DNA of 64,000 bases, taken from Tubiluchus corallicola. Its lineage: Eukaryota; Animalia; Priapulida. The notes under the pieces were generated by a model. That model worked only from the letters and a program-made list of their open reading frames with translations. It was not told the origin of the DNA and ran no database searches. The position numbers were made by a program, and so were the translations under genes. Within the stretch, counting starts at the first letter, position 1, and each line of letters starts with the position of its first letter. The stretch covers positions 21,610 to 85,609 of the forward strand of contig JAQGDQ010000875.1 of assembly GCA_030141605.1 (NCBI GenBank). The letters are read 5' to 3'. Below, piece by piece: positions 1 to 13,313 of this stretch.

Positions 1-142
1 ACTCAAAAACGTATGATGACAATACAACATAAATTTAAATTTAGAGTAATTAAAATGATTTTCTTCTGTCCAGTCACATTCTGCTTCAACACATTAGCGC
101 CGTTAAGCGTGAACTTACTGTATGTATGTATGTAATACGTAC

Positions 143-217
143 CTTTGATGAAACCATGTCTGAGAAGAGAAAAAACATCACTCCTTTAACTGCTTCACCT
201 TCACTCATGACTCTACC
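143..217 (-). CDS. NOMO1: NOMO exon 7 (gene continues beyond window start)
   Basis: Reads GRVMSEGEAVKGVMFFLFSDMVSSK (compare GSVRSDGEPMKGVKFLLFS); CAG acceptor, GTACGT donor. Confidence 0.88.
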
Positions 218-605
218 CTGAAAATAACAGCGATAACAATTTGGACTAGAAGAACGCAAGGCGGAACAATACTTTAAGCTGACAAGCGAGTATTTTTTAT
301 TCTTTTGAAAAGCAACACTGAATGAATGCTTAATCATTCAACACATGGTGCTAAATGATTCATACTGCGTAATATCTTGTACTTTTTTTGAAAAGTTAAC
401 CCAAATCTACGAATTTGAGCAGCATTAGCATGAATGATACAATCACGTTAAATCTAACAGGTTAAGTTTGCAAAACGCTCTCATTCGACTTTCATCAACT
501 ACAACAAATGTTTGACACGGGCATTTATGACAATTTCTACTTCTATAACAGAGAAGTTAATAAAAAGAAATGAAAGAATTTGTAATGGTAAAACTGAAAA
601 ATTAC

Positions 606-680
606 CTCCACATCATAGCCTTTCACAACAAGATTATCAGCAGCAGCATTGTCATTAGTAATCGTCACTGATACGGTGCT
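606..680 (-). CDS. NOMO1: NOMO exon 6
   Basis: Reads STVSVTITNDNAAADNLVVKGYDVE; phase 0 at both ends, TAG acceptor, GTAAT donor. Confidence 0.85.
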
Positions 681-764
681 CTATAAATTAACATAAGATA
701 CTAATGAATCGGTCTTTTCTTTCCATTTTGTAAAAATAATGTAATATGTCGTAATTTTTCAAGA

Positions 765-1362
765 CGGTTTTGCTTTATGGACTGACAGAGGAACGAAAGC
801 AAAACCGCTACTTCCTCAGAAAAATGAACACCGCAGAACACCCCACATATGATGGTGTTACATACGGCAAGAAAAGTTTCTCCTATTATGGAACCACATT
901 GTGGAATGAATTACCAAACTGTCTCCGAATGGCCAAAAATCTTGGGGAATTTAAACGTCTAATTAACTCATGGTATGGTGTATCATGTAAATGTGCCATT
1001 TGTAAATTCAGCGAACTTCCCAATTTTGTTAAGTCGTAATTAAATGCTGAAATGTTGGCAGGAAAAATTTTTATTGACCTAGATAGCTTTTTGTGTAAAT
1101 TTTAGAAAATGATACTGCCTAAAAAAATTTACTCTCTCAATTCTTAACTGTCTCAATTTTTACTGTCTTCATGTAGTTTTAATTTTTCTTGTACCAATAC
1201 CTCTGGTGGCATCCAAAAGATTTAAGAAGTACATATTATTACCATGTTATCGCTCATATACATTATGTTTGATATCGGTTTACGAGTTTTAAGCTCATGT
1301 TTCTACAAATATGTACTGTTTATATCATACGGATGAAAATAAATATTATCTTATCTTATCTT
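765..1362 (+). mobile_element. 5'-truncated L2/CR1-group LINE 3' end in NOMO intron 5
   Basis: ORF 770-1039 carries the ORF2 C-terminal motif YGKKSFSYYGTTLWNELP...FKRLI..W.G..CKC..C. It is followed by a 3' UTR, AATAAA and a (TTATC)n tail at about 1345-1362. Confidence 0.75.
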
Positions 1363-1769
1363 AAGACATATAAAAGAACAGCAACTTGCTAAAAAGTCAG
1401 GGTACTGAAGCCTTTTCACAACTTTTAACGTCTTCTGTCACCTGACATGAACTACATTATAGATTCTCATTTGTTTCAACTTCCGTGAAACGTAGAAATA
1501 ATTTGTTTTAAACAGTAACCACCAGCAGCCATTGTATTTATGTTAAATAGCAACAAACATATTCTCATCTGTGATTCATTTGCCTTACATATAGAAATGA
1601 AGTATTTATTTGAAAAGAAATGACTTTATGGAATTTTTGCAATTTTACCATTTTAATAGCTTGATATTGTATGAGATAAATCAATTCAAGCCTCATTACA
1701 AAAATACCATATCTAGCAATGTACGTAAATAGTGTCATAATTATTAAAATTATCAAAACAACTAAAGCT

Positions 1770-2309
1770 TTAAAGGAAGACCATGATTGTTTAGACCATG
1801 ACTCAATCTCATTTTATTTACTGTCCAAAATATACATATTCTTGCCTATAAAAGTTAACAATTGTTCCTTATATTTGAATAATTAACGGCAACCGAACAC
1901 AGCTGTTGCTTACGTCAGAAGCTAACCACACTTTGTGCAATGGCAGGTGTCTTCCCTTGTGTGTGAAGCACATTTGCATAGGTGTTACAGTACTGCTTAA
2001 ATGCAAGATGTCACGAAAATGGGCTCTACATCATATGACGTCAGAAACTAACACTGCAGTTCATGATCACAGTTATCACGGTACTGCCTTCTATTTATCG
2101 GCCACACGAATGTGACAAAAAGGCGCCGCTGCCAATCTTAGTAGATTCACGACCCACGCATAGCTTTGAAAGTTTAAAGAAATTTGAGTATCCGAGGTAA
2201 TTATTATTTAATCTAAGCTTTGATTTAAAACAGCTTTTGTAGTTTTCAATATGTTAAAGCATTCTTTATTCTGAACTAATGTTTACACAATCGTCAGGTT
2301 TTCCTTTAA
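1770..2309 (+). mobile_element. T2/Kolobok-type MITE copy 1 (TTAA target, AGGAA termini)
   Basis: TTAAAGGAAGACC...GGTTTTCCTTTAA ends; body shared with copies at 7949, 16371, 38552 and 48487. Confidence 0.85.
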
Positions 2310-2346
2310 AGGTATAAAAAAGACTCCAAATCAGTCAGCCACTAAC

Positions 2347-2419
2347 CTTTTCAAACTTCCACTTTGGATGAGATGTTGAGATCATGTAAGTTTCAGGCAT
2401 AACTTTGTTAAAGAAATAC
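2347..2419 (-). CDS. NOMO1: NOMO exon 5
   Basis: Reads YFFNKVMPETYMISTSHPKWKFEK (compare FFKVLPGDYEILATHPTW); donor GTTAGT. Confidence 0.88.
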
Positions 2420-2730
2420 CTAAACAAAGCATTTAGTACAAGATAATCATGATAACTTGCAGGATTTTAGTGACATTCTCCTATAATCACAGTCTAATGG
2501 TGTTTAAAATTTTGCACAATGTACTGTAAACTGTCCGTAAAAAACAGAAGATAAAAATGATAGAGGCTGAAGTGTTTAATCAGATTAATGAGGTTATATG
2601 TTAGAGAAATGAAACTTTGCAATCTTTGCGATTAACCACAAAAGAAAAAAGTTGTCACGACACATCTTTAAGGAGCTTGAGAAATAATCTAACTAATCTT
2701 AAGATTTTAAATTTATTGCAGTCTACTCAC

Positions 2731-2837
2731 GCGCCATTAGTGTCAGTCATAACAGTCTGCAATACATCTTTCTTATTTTTTGTTTTGATTGTCACAGTTA
2801 GGCCTTCTGGTCCCATATGACTATTTTTGCTCAGTAC
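2731..2837 (-). CDS. NOMO1: NOMO exon 4
   Basis: Reads VLSKNSHMGPEGLTVTIKTKNKKDVLQTVMTDTNG; TAG acceptor, GTGAG donor. Confidence 0.88.
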
Positions 2838-3135
2838 CTATATAATGACATAATTTGTATTATTCCAATGCAAGTAACTAGAAGGTAGCTAAATTGAAAT
2901 ATCATTTAGTAATAATTTCCAAAAAACACGATGTTGTAAGCTATGCGGCAAACCAAGTAAAAAGTTATGCATAATGGAAATATTAGTAGTACTAATGTAG
3001 ATATGCTTAAATTGACATTTTGGTCAAAAAATATATATCAAAATAAAAAGCACCAGGGTATTAATAATTTTATGTATATCAAGGAATATCCATAGTCAAC
3101 AAATAATTAAGAAATTGTCTTTTGTAAAGAATTAC

Positions 3136-3236
3136 CTGTCCAGTCACTGAGAAACCTTTGAAATGAAAATTGATATCATCACCTTTAGAGCACATGTCTG
3201 TCTCCCCGTCAATATTTATTTCAACTGTCTCGGGTT
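3136..3236 (-). CDS. NOMO1: NOMO exon 3
   Basis: Reads EPETVEINIDGETDMCSKGDDINFHFKGFSVTGQ; phase-consistent AG/GT boundaries. Confidence 0.92.
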
Positions 3237-3529
3237 CTAAAATAAATTGCAAACTAAATTATAATAAGATTTAACAATAAAATGATATTATCTCATGAGT
3301 AATTACATCAGCAATTGCAAAAATCTTGAACGTTTCTAAACAATTGATTTCAAAAGTTTTTGTAATAGTCAGAATGAAATTCAAAATCACAGCTAAAATG
3401 GGACAGTTTAACTAACTAATATTTCTGACAAAATATACGAATAGACTATTGACAGCACTCTATAATGACAACCCCAGTTGCAGTAACAAATATTTACCAA
3501 CCTTGCCTGGAAACAGATTATCAACTCAC

Positions 3530-3665
3530 CAAAACTCCAACCTGCTGGTGGTTCTATTTTGAGAATGTGCTCTCCCTTATCATACAGTGGTACCATATAA
3601 TACCCATTGTTTGGAGCACAATCAGTCTCGTACTTTAGGCTTCCAAACTTTGTGTACAGTTTAAT
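3530..3665 (-). CDS. NOMO1: NOMO exon 2
   Basis: Reads IKLYTKFGSLKYETDCAPNNGYYMVPLYDKGEHILKIEPPAGWSF, close to recalled human IKLYTKHGTLKYQTDCAPNNGYFMIPLYDKG. TAG acceptor, GTGAG donor. Confidence 0.95.
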
Positions 3666-3770
3666 CTAGAAAGCAATTATATGAGAGAAACACACCAAAC
3701 TAATGACAGAAATGTGATGATACAGTTACTATTACTACGCATTCTATTAAATTTAAAAGAACTTTCTTAC

Positions 3771-3899
3771 CTGCACCAAAGAAAAGTTGATATCTATCGA
3801 TGATTTGACGAAACCACCACATCCTAGAATATCCTGGCATTTTACGAAAACTGCAAACAAAAGAAGCACAAGTGCACTTCTAATGACGAAATTTATCAT
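3771..3899 (-). CDS. NOMO1: Nodal modulator (NOMO / BOS complex subunit), exon 1 with signal peptide
   Basis: Reads MINFVIRSALVLLLFAVFVKCQDILGCGGFVKSSIDINFSLVQ: hydrophobic signal peptide followed by the conserved NOMO N-terminal GCGGFVKS motif. Donor CAG|GTAAG at 3770. Confidence 0.9.
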
Positions 3900-5181
<1,282 letters not shown>

Positions 5182-5394
5182 ATGGCGACTAAGAAAGCTA
5201 TTGAGTGGTTAGATTTGTTAGAAAAAGAGTTTGATAAAGCCTACGTTGACTTGGATTTAATACTAGGGGAGATTGATAGTGAGCAATGCGATTTAACATT
5301 TGAGGGGCGTGAAAAGATGACGGCATTAAGCTCTGCATTTGCTCAAGTGTGCCACAAAGTGCAAGTTATTTATCACAACAGTTTAAAGCTAGAG
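5182..5394 (+). CDS. GOPC: Golgi-associated PDZ and coiled-coil motif protein (PIST/CAL), exon 1
   Basis: Reads [59 protein letters not shown], the GOPC N-terminal signature [24 protein letters not shown]. Donor GAG|GTATG. Confidence 0.95.
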
Positions 5395-5720
5395 GTATGC
5401 TAACCTGTATTTTTTAACTACGATGTTTTATATGTCACTTTTACGCATTTTGCCATTCATCACAATGAATTTAAATAGTAGTAGATAAAAATGTTGGTTC
5501 TGCATAAAACTTTGTTAAACGGAGCCCCACGTAGCTACGTGATTGTAACCTATAAAAAGAATTGACTTCAATGGTATGACACATTTTGCAATTGTCTTAA
5601 CTGGTATGAGCCTATAAGCTGTAAATATGCTAAATGCAGCTAAACAAAAATTTATTTCATGCTATTTACAAAGTACTGATTATGCTTGCCTTAATGTTAA
5701 TGAAATACAATACTTTTCAG

Positions 5721-5885
5721 AATGATATGAAAATGCACAGAGATGATCTCGTCCAACTACGAGCAGCTAAAACTGTGATAGAAAAAGAGTTACATGCACT
5801 TGTTGTACAGCATCACGATGTACAACTACAGCTGCACAAACTGATGGGCCAGTCTAATGATTCTGACAGCATCAAGAAAAAGTTG
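5721..5885 (+). CDS. GOPC: GOPC exon 2 (coiled coil)
   Basis: Reads NDMKMHRDDLVQLRAAKTVIEKELHALVVQHHDVQLQLHKLMGQSNDSDSIKKKL; TTTCAG acceptor, GTAAT donor. Confidence 0.92.
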
Positions 5886-6162
5886 GTAATGAAAGAAACT
5901 TCCATTACATGTGAAATTTGAAGAGCAATGAGCCTGACTGTTAAAAACTATTTGGGCAAAATATCTATTTAAGAGAAAAATAAGTTATTTGTTTGGTGAT
6001 GGTGAGCCTTGATGTTTTTAATAAAACTTTGCTATGTTTGTTAATTTGTTTTTCACTCACGGTTAGGTATGCGACCTGATGAGATGTTGGTTGTTTTTGC
6101 CATTACTGTATTGTGCAATAAATAAATGCCTATAAAGCTAATCCTTCACATGAACTTTTTAG

Positions 6163-6338
6163 GAAAGTGAAATGGACACATTTAGAAGAAATATAGAAAA
6201 GGAAACAAAATTAGATGCAGAAGTAAAGGAATTACACAAAGAAAATCATGAATTGAGACAATATATGAATGCTCTGCAAGGCGAACTGTACGGAGCACGA
6301 TTAGCTGCGAAATATCTAGATAAAGAATTAGCAGGACG
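6163..6338 (+). CDS. GOPC: GOPC exon 3
   Basis: Ends in the conserved LQGELYGARLAAKYLDKELAGR motif. Confidence 0.95.
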
Positions 6339-6779
6339 GTAATTTTACTTGGTATACTTATTCTGTTTTAGAGATCTTTTTAAGTAGAATCGTTTACCTT
6401 CAGTGATAGGAGTTCCACGTTACAAATGCAACAAGTTCCAAAAAACCTGTTCTACTGTGAGTTATACTTTTTTTAAGTAATTTGTATGAGTAACTGCCTT
6501 CCTTGTTATAACTTATAATGTAAATGACAGACATTTTACCATTGAATTTCTCTAGCATTTACTAAAACAACCAAATGTTTATTAATTGTGCAATTTACAA
6601 TATATAATTATTGGCATTTTGCACAGACTCTGTTTTACCGGCTGTACAATACATACTACTGTTTCTTGTTATTTGTCTACAGACTAGTTATAGAATTCTG
6701 CAAAAAGAAAGGCTTGAGTATAATAGTCGGGAAAAACTGCTTAAAGACGAATTTTAAATTAATTTAAAAAGTAATTTAT

Positions 6780-7543
6780 TATGGCTGTAATGGTACACCT
6801 AAGTCACGATATGATACATGTCCTGATACTAACTTCACGCTAAGATTCGTATCATGATACACATTGAGTTAACATTTGCAGGCTTTAATAAAAAAACAGA
6901 TTGAGAAGTTGGTATATTATATGTATGTATTAGATTTATCAAGCAATTTTAAAATTGGTAAGTGGTAAAATAATTCAGCAAATTGTTTGATTTCTGTTTG
7001 TTCTCTTTGCATTGTAAGCCACCAGAAATGTGAGACATTTCAATACGTTTTGATTTAAAATATGTTGATGCGTTTTTTGGTTCACGTTTGATGCAAGCCA
7101 TTCCGGAAGCTTATAGCAAATACGTAATTAGCGTACCATACATTATTATAGACACATTGCGCTTTCAACCGCTTTGCTTTGGCTGGCTGCTAGCAGCAGG
7201 TCAGTCTGTGTCAAGGTCAAGTGCTCACTGCACTGATTTTATCAGCCGCCATTTTGAAATATTTCAATTTTTGTTTGAATTGGATGAGCTGAACCCTAAA
7301 ACATAATTATTAGTTAAACATCACAGTTGGCTTCGTGAAATTATTCTTTCGTACATTATAACAGTAATAATTATAATTACAATGAACAATGTTTAACGAT
7401 ATAAATATAATTATGTTTTTATTAGTCTAACTTGTTCTAAATATCAATGATTCACATTATCGCGATACTGGTGCGCGTACACACGTATGACGATACACGT
7501 ATCAAAAGGTATCATGATGCATTGATGTATCGTTAAAGGCCTA
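6780..7543. mobile_element. Degenerate hAT-like MITE in GOPC intron 3
   Basis: Imperfect TIR (TATGGCTGTAATGGTACAC vs reverse complement TAGGCCTTTAACGATACAT) with subterminal GATAC/GTATC repeats; no clear TSD. Confidence 0.45.
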
Positions 7544-7948
7544 TCCTTTATTTGCATTCTGTATGAACATATGTGTGTGCGTGCGTGCGTGTATTTTTTT
7601 GCATGTTTGCTGCTAATAATGGTGCATATATTCAGATAGAATGAGGCCTAAAAAAATTTCTGATTATTTAAAAATAATTAGGATGGTAGACTGACATCTT
7701 TCATATGTGTTTTATAATAGTTTAGTGTTATAAATCTTCTCACAAGGATGTAATAGCTGAGTAAATGTTATGCATATGGAAGTGAGTCTCTGAAGCTGTA
7801 TAAAACTTGCAATAAAGTAATAATAAACCCATTTGAAAGTAATTAATAAAACTATTTGAAAAAAGCTCAAGTAGACGAGTGCTTGGAAAGTAAAACTTGA
7901 CTAACACATCCATAAAAATACGTAAACGAAAATGTCGTGTTTTAAAGC

Positions 7949-8503
7949 TTAAAGGAAAACTGGATGATTGTGTAAACACGAGTTCAGAATAAAGAATGCT
8001 CTAATGTATTGAAAACTACAATAGCTTCTTTAAATCAAAGCTTAGATTAAATAATAATTACCTCAGATACTCAAATTTTGTTAAACTTTCAAAGCTACGC
8101 GCGGCTCAGTGAATCTACTAAGATTGGCAGCGACGCCTTTTTGTCACATTCGCATGGCTGACAAATAAAAGGCGGTACAGTGATATGCATGATCATGAAC
8201 TGCAGTGTTAGTTTCTGATGTCATATGATGTAAAGTCCATTTTCGTGACATCACGCGTTTAAGCAGTACTGTAACACTTATGCAAATGTGCTTGACGCGC
8301 CAGGGAAGACGCCTGCCATTGCACAAACTGTGGTTAGTTTCTGAGATAAGCAATAGCTGTGTTCGGTTGCCGTTTATTAACTTTCTAAGCTAATTATTCA
8401 AATATAAGGAACAATTGTTAACTTTTATAGGCAAGAAAATGTATATTTTGGACAATAAATTAAAATGAGATTGAGTCTAAACAATTTTCCGGTTTTCCTT
8501 TAA
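7949..8503 (-). mobile_element. T2/Kolobok-type MITE copy 2
   Basis: Reverse complement of 1770-2309; TTAAAGGAAAAC...CCGGTTTTCCTTTAA. Confidence 0.85.
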
Positions 8504-8643
8504 ATAAAAATTGTAGGAAAATGACAAGAAATAATGAAAAATGCAATTTCCGTTTCATACAAAGTTAGTTTGGTTGCCATACTGCTTTGTCTGTGTGATT
8601 GTGTAGAATTTGTTTTTGAGGATAAAATTCCACATGATTACAG

Positions 8644-8809
8644 AATACAGCAGATACAGCTGCTAGGACGAGACATGAGAGGAGCGGAGCATGATCGTCT
8701 CTGGAATCAGTTGGAAGCTGAAATACACTTGCATCGACACAAGACAGTGATTCGGGCATGTAGAGGGCGCATCAGTGCTACTCAGAAACTGCCGGCGCCA
8801 CCAGGGCAT
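8644..8809 (+). CDS. GOPC: GOPC exon 4
   Basis: Reads [42 protein letters not shown]...PAPPGH; donor GTAAGT. Confidence 0.95.
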
Positions 8810-9555
8810 GTAAGTGTTAAAAACTATATTGTCATGTTTGTATGCTGACAGTTGGTATGATCCAGTAATGTTCAATAGCTTTTGCCTTAAGGTGACATGT
8901 GTTCCACTAAAATATGTTATTCTCTAAGAAAACTTACTAAATGTAAGATTTGCAATTCACAATACAAGGACTTCGGGACCTTTTATTATCAAAATCATGT
9001 TGGTATAAAGAGTGCCATTTTTCGCTGGCCTGCTTCAGCACCTACCTGCTTGCTTGAATCTTTTATAGTTTCTGAAGACATTTAACACTCTTTTGGAACC
9101 AAATTTTGCATTTTGTCTACTTTAATCAACTGTATTTTTGTTTAGCCTGAACTACATGCGAAGCAAATCCAAACAAACAGTCAAAACTGCATCAAGTTCT
9201 TGAATAAACAAAAACTGACCTATTGAGGTAGCCCACAAAGGGATTTAGCAAATATAATACCACATTTGAGGGACTGGTTGTGTCCTGCATAGAGTTAGCA
9301 GTGGAGAATAGTTGCTATTAGCACTCAGCAGATGCGATACTGAATAGATCTATTTTAGAATGTCCTTCCTCTGCAATGTAGTAATGATATGGAAGCAAAT
9401 GCAAAGCACATAGCTCATTTTCTGTGATTATATTAATTAAATAAAGAGTTAATGAATGAATTAAGTTGCAAAAGTAAATACTATTGTCATTTGCTGTATT
9501 ACACTACTCGTTTCTAAGATTTTTGATGAAGCACACAATTTTTTTGTAGGTAATA

Positions 9556-9630
9556 CAACGTGTGTGCTATTGGGTAAAACAATGTGTGTGCTAATGGGTA
9601 AAACAACGTGTGTGCTATCGGGTAAAACAA
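9556..9630. repeat. 24-bp tandem repeat x3
   Basis: CAACGTGTGTGCTATTGGGTAAAA-type units at 9556, 9580 and 9604. Confidence 0.85.
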
Positions 9631-9632
9631 AG

Positions 9633-9914
9633 GTTGATCAAGTTTTATCCAATAGCAACATTTTTATCTTGTTTGAAATCATTGTCTTGTATTGAAAATG
9701 TTGTTTCAATTAGTTGTCACAAATGGCAAAATGCATGAAACGTAAAAACAACATGCAAAACTGAGTAGTTGAATATTACAGGCTTGCATACGTCTAGCTT
9801 TAAACTGTTGTGATAAATAACTTCCACTTTGTGGCACACTTGAGAAAGTGCAGTGCTTAATGCCGCTATTTTTTCATGCCCTTTAAATGTTAAAACACAA
9901 TTTTCACTATCAAT
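9633..9914 (-). pseudogene. Inverted partial duplicate of GOPC exon 1 3' half + intron 1 start, inside GOPC intron 4
   Basis: Minus strand encodes [41 protein letters not shown] versus exon 1 [41 protein letters not shown]. Similarity continues into intron 1 sequence (about 5271-5520). Confidence 0.9.
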
Positions 9915-10013
9915 TACTGGTTTTAATTCATGCTTATTTTCAATTTTAATATCTTGGGTGAATGTTGCGCAAAGCATTATTGAAACTAAACATCTTTGTT
10001 AAATCCACATTAG

Positions 10014-10109
10014 GAATTCAAGGCCTTGAGAAAGAAGCAAGGAGTTGGAGAAGAAAGAGTTGTGAAGCTGATGAAAAAAGAGGACGAAGGGTTGGGAATG
10101 TCCATAACA
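10014..10109 (+). CDS. GOPC: GOPC exon 5 (start of PDZ)
   Basis: Reads EFKALRKKQGVGEERVVKLMKKEDEGLGMSIT, including the GLGM carboxylate-binding loop. Confidence 0.93.
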
Positions 10110-10366
10110 GTAAATGATTTTTAATAATTTTTAATTTTTGTTTATTTTTTTATGTTAGCATTTTGTTTAATTAGTGCACAAATATTAAAAATTATAAATG
10201 ACAAGAAACGCTTAATTTGTGCAACATTGTTATTAGTGCACGTATAATCAAAGTTATAATAGATGATAACATAATTCATGACATTGTTATGAGCTTACAT
10301 TTTTTATTTGTTTTTTATTAGGTAATTGTTTTTTTTTAATTTATTGTCCAATGATTACAATTTTAG

Positions 10367-10531
10367 GGTGGTAAGGAACACGGTGTGCCAATATTAATCT
10401 CAGAAATTCATCCACGACAGCCGGCTGACAAGTGTCGTGGTCTGTACATTGGTGACGCCATCATGGAGGTGAATGGTATAGATTTACGTGACATGAAACA
10501 CGAAGAAGCCGTCAGGATTCTATCTCAGCAG
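10367..10531 (+). CDS. GOPC: GOPC exon 6 (PDZ core)
   Basis: Reads [55 protein letters not shown]. Confidence 0.96.
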
Positions 10532-11612
10532 GTGAGAATTTAAGTGGTCTCCCACATGTTTGAAGCATCGTGTAGCAGTTGTTAGTAAACAAACTCGTAG
10601 TATGTTTACTTCTGATTGATTTCTGCATTGAAATTTAAATAATATAGCGAAACTTTCAATTTCAATCAATTTCAATTCAACTTTATTTTTTCATTAGCAG
10701 TTAAAATTCGGCATAACTATTTTTACATTTCATTGCAACTAAAGACCTATTGGTCACTTGATCAGCTGCCCCTTATTAAAAATACAAGTTTACTTACAGG
10801 CGCATCACATTTTTAGGTGTTTTTGTACAACTTAACATTTTAGTGTTAAAAATAGATTTGGTATTAACTTAAGTACTAAGTAGCAGAAATGTATATAATA
10901 AGGTCAAATTTTTAAAGGGCGGAAAGTCAAGCAGAAGAGACTTGTCTAATTCATTGTAGAAGTGAATGTAAAGACAAGGCTTAGGTTAATTAAAATTGTA
11001 AGATCTAAAAAGAATTGGTTAGTTGAGCTACCTTGTAAGAAGTAAATCATCAAGTGCTAGTGTAGCTAAGGAACGTAGCCAGTTAAACTACTGTCCACAG
11101 CTGCTCATACTTTTCCGAATCATAGATGAACGTACGGCTTTAGTTAATTAGCTGAATCAAAAATACCAGAAAGTCATGCTGTAATATGCAGCTTAGGAAT
11201 TAAGGTAAAAATAGTTACAGTGAAACTGCTAATACATTTCCCGCATTTGTCGTTAGTGTATTGGCCGGTTTTCTAGAACTGGACTTTGGAAAAAGCTTCA
11301 TCTCTAATCTTATCTTTGCAAGTTAGACGCAGTTCAGCATACGGTGTTTGCTGTGTCATCTGTGATGTTATAGTAGGAATTGAGACAGCAGTTTTTAGCT
11401 GCACGTGTAAGATAGTCATCTCTGACGTGGACCACATTAGGAATTGGCCACTTTAGCTACCGAGTAGGGTGGCACAAATCTTTAGCTTTGTACGATTAGG
11501 ATATTTACCAGTTTAATCAAACATGTACAGTGGTACATCTCTAAAATATCGGCACGACTTGTAAAGCCCGTATTAGCTTCCATGTAGGCTGAAGTCGTGT
11601 CTATATTTATCT

Positions 11613-13030
11613 TAGGAATTGGCCAGTTTAGCTACTGATGTAGGGTGGTCATCTGTAATTTATCTAAGGAATTGGCCAGTTTAGCTACCGTGTAGGGTGG
11701 TCATCTCTAATTTATCTAAGGAATTGGCCAGTTTAGCTACCGTGTAGGGTGGTCATCTCTAATTTATCTAAGGAATTGGCCAGTTTAGCTACCGTGTAGG
11801 GTGGTCATCTCTAATTTATCTAAGGAATTGGCCAGTTTAGCTACCGTGTAGGGTGGTCATCTCTAATTTATCTTAGGAATTGGCCAGTTTAGCTACCGTG
11901 TAGGGTGGTCATCTCTAATTTATCTAAGGAATTGGCCAGTTTAGCTACCGTGTAGGGTGGTCATCTCTAATTTATCTTAGGAATTGGCCAGTTTAGCTAC
12001 CGTGTAGGGTGGTCATCTCTAATTTATCTAAGGAATTGGCCAGTTTAGCTACCGTGTAGGGTGGTCATCTCTAATTTATCTTAGGAATTGGCCAGTTTAG
12101 CTACCGTGTAGGGTGGTCATCTGTAATTTATCTTAGGAATTGGCCAGTTTAGCTACCGTGTAAGGTGGTCATCTGTAATTTATCTTAGGAATTGGCCAGT
12201 TTAGCTACCGTGTAGGGTGGTCATCTCTAATTTATCTAAGGAATTGGCCAGTTTAGCTACCGTGTAGGGTGGTCATCTCTAATTTATCTTAAGGAATTGG
12301 CCAGTTTAGCTACCGTGTAAGGTGGTCATCTCTAATTTATTTTAGGAATTGGCCAGTTTAGCTATGGTGTAAGGTGGTCATCTCTAATTTATCTAAGGAA
12401 TTGGCCAGTTTAGCTACCGTGTAAGGTGGTCATCTCTAATTTATCTTAAGGAATTGGCCAGTTTAGCTACTGGTGTAAGGTGGTCATCTCTAATTTATCT
12501 AAGGAATTGGCCAGTTTAGCTTACCGTGTAGGGTGGTCATCTCTAATTTATCTAAGGAATTGGCCAGTTTAGCTACCGTGTAAGGTGGTCATCTCTAATT
12601 TATCTAAGGAATTGGCCAGTTTAGCTACCGTGTAGGGTGGTCATCTCTAATTTATCTTAAGGAATTGGCCAGTTTAGCTTACCGTGTAGGGTGGTCATCT
12701 CTAACTTATCTAAGGAATTGGCCAGTTTAGCTACCGTGTAGGGTGGTCATCTCTAACTTATCTAAGGAATTGGCCAGTTTAGCTACCGTGTAAGGTGGTC
12801 ATCTCTAATTTATTTAAGGAATTGGCCAGTTTAGCTTACCGTGTAGGGTGGTCATCTGTAATTTATCTAAGGAATTGGCCAGTTTAGCTACCGTGTAGGG
12901 TGGTCATCTCTAATTTATCTAAGGAATTGGCCAGTTTAGCTACCGTGTAGGGTGGTCATCTCTAATTTATCTAAGGAATTGGCCAGTTTAGCTACCGTGT
13001 AAGGTGGTCATCTCTAATTTATCTAAGGAA
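11613..13030. repeat. 52-bp minisatellite, about 27 copies, GOPC intron 6
   Basis: Unit AGGAATTGGCCAGTTTAGCTACCGTGTAGGGTGGTCATCTCTAATTTATCTA; degenerate units extend left to about 11000. Confidence 0.97.
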
Positions 13031-13227
13031 TACATGATGGATAAATTGTGATGGAAAACCGTGATGCTTGTCCAGTTCATCTTTGTATTAATTAAAGTAA
13101 AGCGGAAGTTTTTCAGAAGTTGAAACTTTGATTCTTACCTTATTTACTGATACAAATAATTTTATTTCGAATAGCAAAAGAAGTAAATAAATCAGTAACT
13201 TTACGTATTTAACAATTTTTTCTACAG

Positions 13228-13313
13228 AATGGTGAAATTGAACTTAAGGTCGTATTTGTGGCACCAGACGACAGCAGCGATGAGGAGACTGGATTAGAAC
13301 CGACTATAGCTGG
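13228..13313 (+). CDS. GOPC: GOPC exon 7 (end of PDZ, acidic patch)
   Basis: Reads NGEIELKVVFVAPDDSSDEETGLEPTIAG (compare GEIEFEVVYVAPEVDSDDE). Confidence 0.92.

Noticed and set aside
1906-2115. Similar 69-aa ORFs at 1906 (+) and 8144 (-) as a small gene family
   Set aside because: Both lie inside MITE copies, have non-ATG starts, and the frame is disrupted or deleted in other copies.
6067-6089. Neuronal-type 8-aa GOPC microexon (GMRPDEML) between exons 2 and 3
   Set aside because: The AG...GT-bounded segment is 23 nt, out of frame by one base, and the donor GTTGTT is weak.
11613-13030. Tandem arrays (also 49281, 55741, 62681) as CRISPR arrays
   Set aside because: Units are contiguous with no unique spacers, there are no cas genes, and the context is eukaryotic introns.
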